Shown here piece after piece: positions 58,742 through 64,000 of a DNA stretch of 64,000 nt (positions are counted from its first letter, which is position 1; each line of letters opens with the position of its first letter). A model generated the notes under the pieces. That model was given only the letters and a program-made list of their open reading frames with translations. It had not been told where the DNA came from and did not search any database. The stretch spans positions 2,688,001 through 2,752,000 of the forward strand of contig OZ244207.1 in NCBI GenBank assembly GCA_965216875.1. Direction: 5' to 3'. The translations under genes were made by a program, and so were the position numbers. Source of the stretch: Rubripirellula sp. GTDB taxonomy: Bacteria; Planctomycetota; Planctomycetia; Pirellulales; Pirellulaceae.

Positions 58742-59491
58742 TTAGGCAACCAAGCGATACTCTTGGTCGACTCGCTGTGTCACACCTTCGACGAACTCTT
58801 CGAAGATGCGAATGTCGAGCGCCGAAGCGGCACCACATTCAGGATGGAATTGAGTGCCCAATGCGAACCAATCCATCATTTCACTCTCGATCGCTTCGAT
58901 CACACCATCGGGGCATCGCGCGGTGACGCGGAAGCCTGGTGCAACTTCATCGATCGCCATGTGGTGACGACTGCTGACCCGAATCTCGCCATCACCGTAA
59001 ACACGTCCAACAAGCGAATCGCTTTCGACTTCGAGCGTGTGACGATGGTTGGGGTCTTGAGGATCGTGGTGAGGCACAGCCGATGGCATGTCCTCTTTAA
59101 GATGTAGGAACAGGTTTCCGCCCTGCTGGACGTTCAAGAGCTGCATTCCGGTTCCGATACCGAGCAGTGGCATGCGTCGCTCAGCAATTTCTGAGATCAA
59201 CATGCGGTCGCTCGCTTCGCGAACAGGATCAAGTGGTCGCACGCTGGGGTGCAACATAAAACCGTCGTTTCGCGGATCAAGGTCCGCCCCTCCGATCATG
59301 ATGAATCCATGCAGTTGGTCGAGCGTGGCTCGAATCGAGTCAGCGTCTTCCAACGGCGGAATCACCACTGGGATGCCTCCAGCTGCGATCACAGACTGAA
59401 AATAACCGGCGGCGATGTAGCTGTATGCGGGTGTATTGCGAGCAGCTGCACGGTAGTCGGCGTTCATCCCGATCAGTGGTTTACACGTCAT
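58742..59491 (-). CDS. Peptidase C26 / PuuD-like class I amidotransferase homologue lacking the nucleophile Cys
   Basis: IGGADLDP, LGIGTGMQ (vs LGICRG.Q), PDGVIEAIE and QFHPE. Confidence 0.88.
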   Translation of the reverse strand: MTCKPLIGMNADYRAAARNTPAYSYIAAGYFQSVIAAGGIPVVIPPLEDADSIRATLDQLHGFIMIGGADLDPRNDGFMLHPSVRPLDPVREASDRMLISEIAERRMPLLGIGTGMQLLNVQQGGNLFLHLKEDMPSAVPHHDPQDPNHRHTLEVESDSLVGRVYGDGEIRVSSRHHMAIDEVAPGFRVTARCPDGVIEAIESEMMDWFALGTQFHPECGAASALDIRIFEEFVEGVTQRVDQEYRLVA

Positions 59492-59933
59492 CCGAAAGTT
59501 CCTCTTCGGTTTCGCGAATAAAAATGTGACGCAGAGTCTTGCCGCGTCGCCCAACTGGTTGACGTCAATCAGCAACCAATCGTTTCTACGGAACCGAGTC
59601 GCTCAGCAGCACAGCCTTGGCCGTTTGCATCCGACTCGAAACAGACAAGTGAAAAGGAAGGTTTGATAAGGAGGGCCACTTTGGCGATGAGCCGGATTGT
59701 TTGCCGGTTGAGTACTTCGGCGTTCCGTTCTCGTTGTTCCAAAGTGTTTATCGACACTCTTCGCAACCTTGCAATCCCTTGCGTTGTTTTCGTCCTCGAA
59801 GCGGTCGTCTTGATGATTGGGGGTCGAAGTTGGGTTGGAAGGCACAACGGTATGCCCTCCGCGTTCGAGAGAAAATTAGCGGGAAAACTCCCAAAGACCA
59901 AAGAGCTTCCACATATTGGGGCACCTCGAGGTC

Positions 59934-59977
59934 GCTAGCACTACCGGGAGTGCTAGCATTCTGCGAGAATGCTAGCA
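59934..59977. promoter_or_regulatory. Three (T)GCTAGCA palindromes forming overlapping inverted repeats
   Basis: GCTAGCA at 59934, 59952 and 59971; TGCTAGCATTCT-GCG-AGAATGCTAGCA is a perfect 12-bp inverted repeat. Confidence 0.5.
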
Positions 59978-60135
59978 ACTCGCGGCCAGCCGCAGGTTTT
60001 GCGGTCATTTCTGGGGACACGCGAAGGGACAGGCCGGTCTAACGAGAGGCTCTTTGCCAGATCGGTTTGTCACAGCCTAAAATGCGCTTTTCCCAGCGTT
60101 CTTGCCCCACTCTCCCTTTGCCCAACGACACCAGC

Positions 60136-61230
60136 GTGCACTTCGACAACGTTTGCCTTGAAGGTATCGGCGCCACCCTGCCAGAAGAAGTTTGGTCGAG
60201 CGACCAAATTGAACAGCGACTCGAACCGCTGTACGAGCGTTTGAAATTGCCTCAGGGTCGCTTGGAATTGATGAGCGGCATCACGGAGCGACGCGTCTGG
60301 GATGAAGGGACGGTGCCAAGCGGCCCCAGTATCGAAAGCGGGCGCCGCGCGATCGAAGCGGCTGACATCGATCCGTCCGAGATCGGCTGCCTGATCCACG
60401 CGAGTGTTTGTCGCGACTTCCTTGAACCGGCCACGGCCTCTCGAGTCCACCATGGCCTCGGGCTTCCTCGCGACTGCTGGGTCTACGACGTTTCCAACGC
60501 CTGCTTGGGGCTCATCAACGGAGCCGTCCAAATTGGTTCGCTGATCGAAGCGGGTGTGATCCGTGCGGGAATCGTGGTTGGCACAGAAAACAGCCGCCCG
60601 CTGCTTCAGCAGACCATCGAGACGCTCAACGCTGACACAACGCTCACGCGTAAGAGCGTCAAACCAGCTTTCGCCTCACTGACCATCGGGTCGGGAAGCT
60701 GCGCGTTGCTGCTGGTTCACCGCAGCCTTTCGAAGCAGGGCAGCCAAATCGACTGTGCCATCGCCGAAGCAAGGACTGAATTCCACAATCTCTGCCGAAG
60801 CGATGATGACGCTGGCGCGGGAATGCAGCCACTGATGGACACCGATTCCGAAAAACTGATGGCCGAGGGAATTGAGACTGGCGCGTCGGCCCTCGAAAAA
60901 CTGCTCAGCGAAACGGGCTGGAACCGCGACGACATTGTCCATTCAATCTGCCACCAAGTGGGATCCCGCCATCGCGTTTCGATGCTGGAGCGACTTGGAC
61001 TCCCCATCGAACGGGACTTCGCAACCTTCCCGCATCTCGGAAACACCGGCTCGGTGGCCTTGCCGCTCACTCTCGCCACTGCAGCCGCCCAGGGCACGCT
61101 TTCGCCTGGTGAAAAGGTCGCCCTGCTGGGCATCGGCTCGGGCATCAACAGCGTGATGATGGGCACCACCTGGGGAGAGACCCAAGTGGTCGGAAATTTG
61201 GTAAATCAGCGAGAAGCGGCAACCGCGTGA
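60136..61230 (+). CDS. oleA: OleA-like thiolase / 3-oxoacyl-ACP synthase III
   Basis: LEPLYERL, FLEPATA (Glu), SNACLG, CHQVG, LGNTGS and GIGSG motifs; GTG start. Confidence 0.8.
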   Translation: MHFDNVCLEGIGATLPEEVWSSDQIEQRLEPLYERLKLPQGRLELMSGITERRVWDEGTVPSGPSIESGRRAIEAADIDPSEIGCLIHASVCRDFLEPATASRVHHGLGLPRDCWVYDVSNACLGLINGAVQIGSLIEAGVIRAGIVVGTENSRPLLQQTIETLNADTTLTRKSVKPAFASLTIGSGSCALLLVHRSLSKQGSQIDCAIAEARTEFHNLCRSDDDAGAGMQPLMDTDSEKLMAEGIETGASALEKLLSETGWNRDDIVHSICHQVGSRHRVSMLERLGLPIERDFATFPHLGNTGSVALPLTLATAAAQGTLSPGEKVALLGIGSGINSVMMGTTWGETQVVGNLVNQREAATA

Positions 61231-61235
61231 ATCGC

Positions 61236-61417
61236 TTGAGCCGTGATCGCGTAGGCGGCCGGGCATCGATCACAGCTGCACTCGTCCAAAACACGGGCAA
61301 GTAAGGGCCCGAGGCCTCACGGCCAGCGGCTCACGGTGATTGAGCCGTGATCGCGTAAGCGGCCGGGCATTGATCACTACTGGCCTGAGACAAGGAGAAG
61401 GGGCCGGCGGCTCATGG
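61236..61417. repeat. Tandem REP-like units
   Basis: 38-bp TTGAGCCGTGATCGCGTA(G/A)GCGGCCGGGCAT(C/T)GATCAC at 61236 and 61340, each followed by GGCC(A/G)GCGGCTCA, which is complementary to the unit start. Confidence 0.8.
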
Positions 61418-61424
61418 GCACGGA

Positions 61425-61658
61425 CTAGACGGTCGCCGATGGCTTGTCAGTCGCCTGTAGCAATTGGTCGGCGCGTGCCAGTAGATCATCCGATGAATCC
61501 ATCTCGGCGATCTCCTCTTTCCCACCGCCTTGAAAACCAGGCTCAGCAATAAACTCCGCTTTGCAATGCTGGCAGCCAACCGTACGCCCCAACAACGCAG
61601 CTCGAATCTCGATACGACGACCACAGGTCGGGCAAGACTGAGTGAAGCGGACGATCAT
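61425..61658 (-). CDS. Small zinc-ribbon protein
   Basis: CPTC...CQHC; GGAG RBS. Confidence 0.8.
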   Translation of the reverse strand: MIVRFTQSCPTCGRRIEIRAALLGRTVGCQHCKAEFIAEPGFQGGGKEEIAEMDSSDDLLARADQLLQATDKPSATV

Positions 61659-62176
61659 ACCAGGCTCCGTTTGGTAGACGATGAGAAGGATCCTTCAAGA
61701 AGGGAAGATGTTATCCCTTGTGGGCGAATAAGGCAAGCTGCTGCGCCGCAACTGACGTCTCGATAAAGGACGCATTTACCCGCAATTTGGTTCGGGTAAC
61801 CCTGGTTTTGCGAGAAAAACTGACGACACCACACCCAGAAGAGGTACGCTAAAATTCCCCTGAAAATTCCCGGAATGTGATTTCGCGCACCACAAAACGG
61901 CACATTCGGGCACCCGAACCGGCAATCGGCCAATTTCGCCAACGACCGGTGCCGGGTGCCGCGCTTGCATGCACCACACTCAGATCGATCGGTGCATGCG
62001 AGGAGCAACCTCCCGATTGCCTCCGATACCGAATGCGACGCAAAAACGCCCCGGCTGGGGGAGCATGCGTGACAGATCGACATCAAAAGTGCTTAAATAC
62101 GCACGATACGACAAACACAGGGGGTCTCCACTCAAACGGACTTTCTGAACACCCTCGAACCAATTGATGATTTGAA

Positions 62177-62674
62177 ATGACCAAGCGCGTCCTGTTCGTC
62201 TGCATGGGCAATATCTGTCGCTCACCGGCGGGCGAAGCTGTGATGGCCCGGTTTGCCGAGGAGTTCCGCGTCGATGTTGATGTCGACTCGGCGGGCACCC
62301 ATGGCTACCACGTTGGCGAACCGGCTGACAAACGGATGCAAGCAGCGGCCGAATTACGCGGCTACGAATTGACCAGTCGCGGTCGTCAGGTGACGGTTGA
62401 GGATCTCGACCCAGACCGATTCGATTTGGTCCTCGCAATGGACACCGAGAACTACGATGCGCTTCAAGCGCTCGCAGGGGGTCCCAACACGCACATTCGC
62501 ATGTTCAGCGACTACCTTGACGACAACTGGCCCATCGATGTGCCAGATCCCTACTACGGTGAAGAAGACGGCTTTGACCAAGTCCTCGACATGCTCGAAG
62601 AAGGTTGCCCCATCATTCTGCAAACGCTGATGGGCGAAGACATCTTCGAAGGCGAGTTCGAAGAAGAACCTTAG
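62177..62674 (+). CDS. Low-molecular-weight protein-tyrosine phosphatase
   Basis: CMGNICRS and DVPDPYY motifs. Confidence 0.96.
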   Translation: MTKRVLFVCMGNICRSPAGEAVMARFAEEFRVDVDVDSAGTHGYHVGEPADKRMQAAAELRGYELTSRGRQVTVEDLDPDRFDLVLAMDTENYDALQALAGGPNTHIRMFSDYLDDNWPIDVPDPYYGEEDGFDQVLDMLEEGCPIILQTLMGEDIFEGEFEEEP

Positions 62675-62692
62675 GCCGAACGAGATTTTGCG

Positions 62693-63202
62693 TTAGGCCG
62701 CTTCATTGAACAACATCCCGTCACCGCCGGACGCCTGCTGGTTGCCGCTACTGTCGTAGGTTGGTGGCGCTGTGGCGCCCGACATCAACCGCAGGATCTC
62801 GCCGGTCAGATCGGCCAAATGATATTGGCACACAAACAGCGACACAGCGCGGTGGTTGGCCATGTCAACGGCGTGCCCAATCGCCTCGCCTCGATCGGCC
62901 AATTCGAATTGGGCATCCGAGCGAAGCTTTTCCACCAGGGTTGCCCCCACCTGCGGTGCGTCCTCGGCGGTCAACAGATCTTCGCGTTCGGCAATTCGAA
63001 GTTGAAGCTGGTCGATCGCAAGCGCCAACTCGACATTGGCCTCGTCAACGCCGCCAGCATCGCCGGCTTGCGTGTCCACCTTGGTCTTTTCGAGGACGTC
63101 GTTCAGCTTGGAAACGCTCTCTTCAAGAAGTCCAAAGTAGCTCGTCACGCGTTGCTCCCAACGCAGATTCGATGCCTCTTGTTCCGCTGGCTGATTCATC
63201 AT
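62693..63202 (-). CDS. FlgN-like flagellar export chaperone
   Basis: All-helical; C-terminal PTY...G..F.EAA; follows the FlgJ-like gene. Confidence 0.6.
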   Translation of the reverse strand: MMNQPAEQEASNLRWEQRVTSYFGLLEESVSKLNDVLEKTKVDTQAGDAGGVDEANVELALAIDQLQLRIAEREDLLTAEDAPQVGATLVEKLRSDAQFELADRGEAIGHAVDMANHRAVSLFVCQYHLADLTGEILRLMSGATAPPTYDSSGNQQASGGDGMLFNEAA

Positions 63203-63648
63203 TGCCTCCGGTGCAACTGATACAGTTCATCTGGCGTCGAAAGCTCGTGCAACTCTTTCAAGCCACCAAGCTCGTGCTCAACTTCAACAGGCTCGTGATT
63301 GCTCAAACCTCGTTGAGCCATGAACAAGTCGTACATCGGGTCGGAAATCGTTCCCGAGGACGCTTCGGTTAGCTCTTCAACAAGCACTTGATCGAGCTGC
63401 TTCTGAAATACTTCTTCGGTGCGACCACCATGCATGTAAGCGGCTTGCCCAGTCGACTTTCGCATGGTGGAGAGCATGCCACCGAACAACGCTTGCCCGA
63501 CGAACTTGGTGAATTGCTCGCGGGCTTCATCCGATTCCTGGATCGGTGCGTTCGGCTCGAGCTGTTGGTCGGCCAAGTTTCTCGACGCGAGCTGTTGATC
63601 AGCCAATGTCTTGGGCATCATTGTCGGCAGATGAGGGCGAATGGTCAT
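63199..63648 (-). CDS. Flagellar rod-binding (FlgJ N-terminal-like) protein
   Basis: FVGQALFGGMLSTMRKS...EEVFQKQLD; downstream of flgI. Confidence 0.8.
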   Translation of the reverse strand: MTIRPHLPTMMPKTLADQQLASRNLADQQLEPNAPIQESDEAREQFTKFVGQALFGGMLSTMRKSTGQAAYMHGGRTEEVFQKQLDQVLVEELTEASSGTISDPMYDLFMAQRGLSNHEPVEVEHELGGLKELHELSTPDELYQLHRRQ

Positions 63649-63700
63649 CGCTTGTTTCCTAACATCAGCGTTCTCTCAGGATTGCGCTGTCATCCATTGG

Positions 63701-64000
63701 CTATTGAAAAACAACCTCGCCGTACAAATCACCCTTCCGCTTGAGCGTCTTGATGATGGCGATCAGGTCCTCGGTGGGAACATCGAGCGCGTTCAAAGCA
63801 TCCGCAAGGCTCTTGAGCTTTGCATTGCCCACGTCATCCGTTTTCTCCGCGACAGGAACGAGTTCGTTGCCGCCACCTGCTTCGATGCGCAGATTCCGAT
63901 GAGTGACCAACACGGGTGCGATTTCGACGTCTTTGCCGATCAACACAACACCTTCGCGCTCATTGATCACGACACGTGACGAATGGCTTGAGATCTGGAT
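63701..64000 (-). CDS. flgI: Flagellar P-ring protein, C-terminal part (runs off the right edge)
   Basis: RVVINEREGVVLIG...LADALNAL...DLIAIIKTLKRKGDL. Confidence 0.88.
   Translation of the reverse strand: MQISSHSSRVVINEREGVVLIGKDVEIAPVLVTHRNLRIEAGGGNELVPVAEKTDDVGNAKLKSLADALNALDVPTEDLIAIIKTLKRKGDLYGEVVFQ

Noticed and set aside
59935..59956. CIRCE (HrcA) operator
   Set aside because: The arms resemble TTAGCACTC/GAGTGCTAA, but the spacer is ~4 nt rather than 9 and the flanking genes are not chaperones
61236..61417. CRISPR mini-array
   Set aside because: Only two units, a 66-bp interval that itself contains repeated sequence, and no cas genes; REP-like instead

Overview
This window looks like the genome of a planctomycete of the Pirellulaceae type (Rhodopirellula/Stieleria-like), judged from gene content. 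Bases 1-27652 are the right-hand part of a lambda-like, long-tailed prophage that continues off the left edge. It carries tape measure, tail, capsid, S49 protease/scaffold, portal and gpA-type terminase genes, a divergent cassette of virion-like genes, and an early operon (Xis-like, CsrA-like, a sigma-factor/tyrosine-recombinase fusion, a replication initiator with internal iterons, ParB). It ends at an attR made of the 3' half of tRNA-His(GUG) plus a host terminator. Bases 27.7-64 kb are host DNA: tsaD, an ABC transporter cluster, rpsL-rpsG-fusA-mtnA, csrA, an AEP-primase/HAD fusion, a cytochrome c / two caspase-TPR / FHA-GGDEF / Ser-Thr kinase cluster, a C26 pseudo-amidotransferase, an OleA-like thiolase, an LMW-PTP and flagellar genes. 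The most striking unannotated theme is a Csr (CsrA/GGA-hairpin) circuit. It comprises a candidate CsrB/RsmZ-like sRNA at 58186-58575 (minus strand), a host csrA, a divergent phage csrA, a phage late-leader RNA with two GGA tetraloops, and GGA hairpins over several phage ribosome-binding sites, including a hidden internal start inside the sigma-recombinase fusion. All calls come from reading the sequence by eye; no searches were run.
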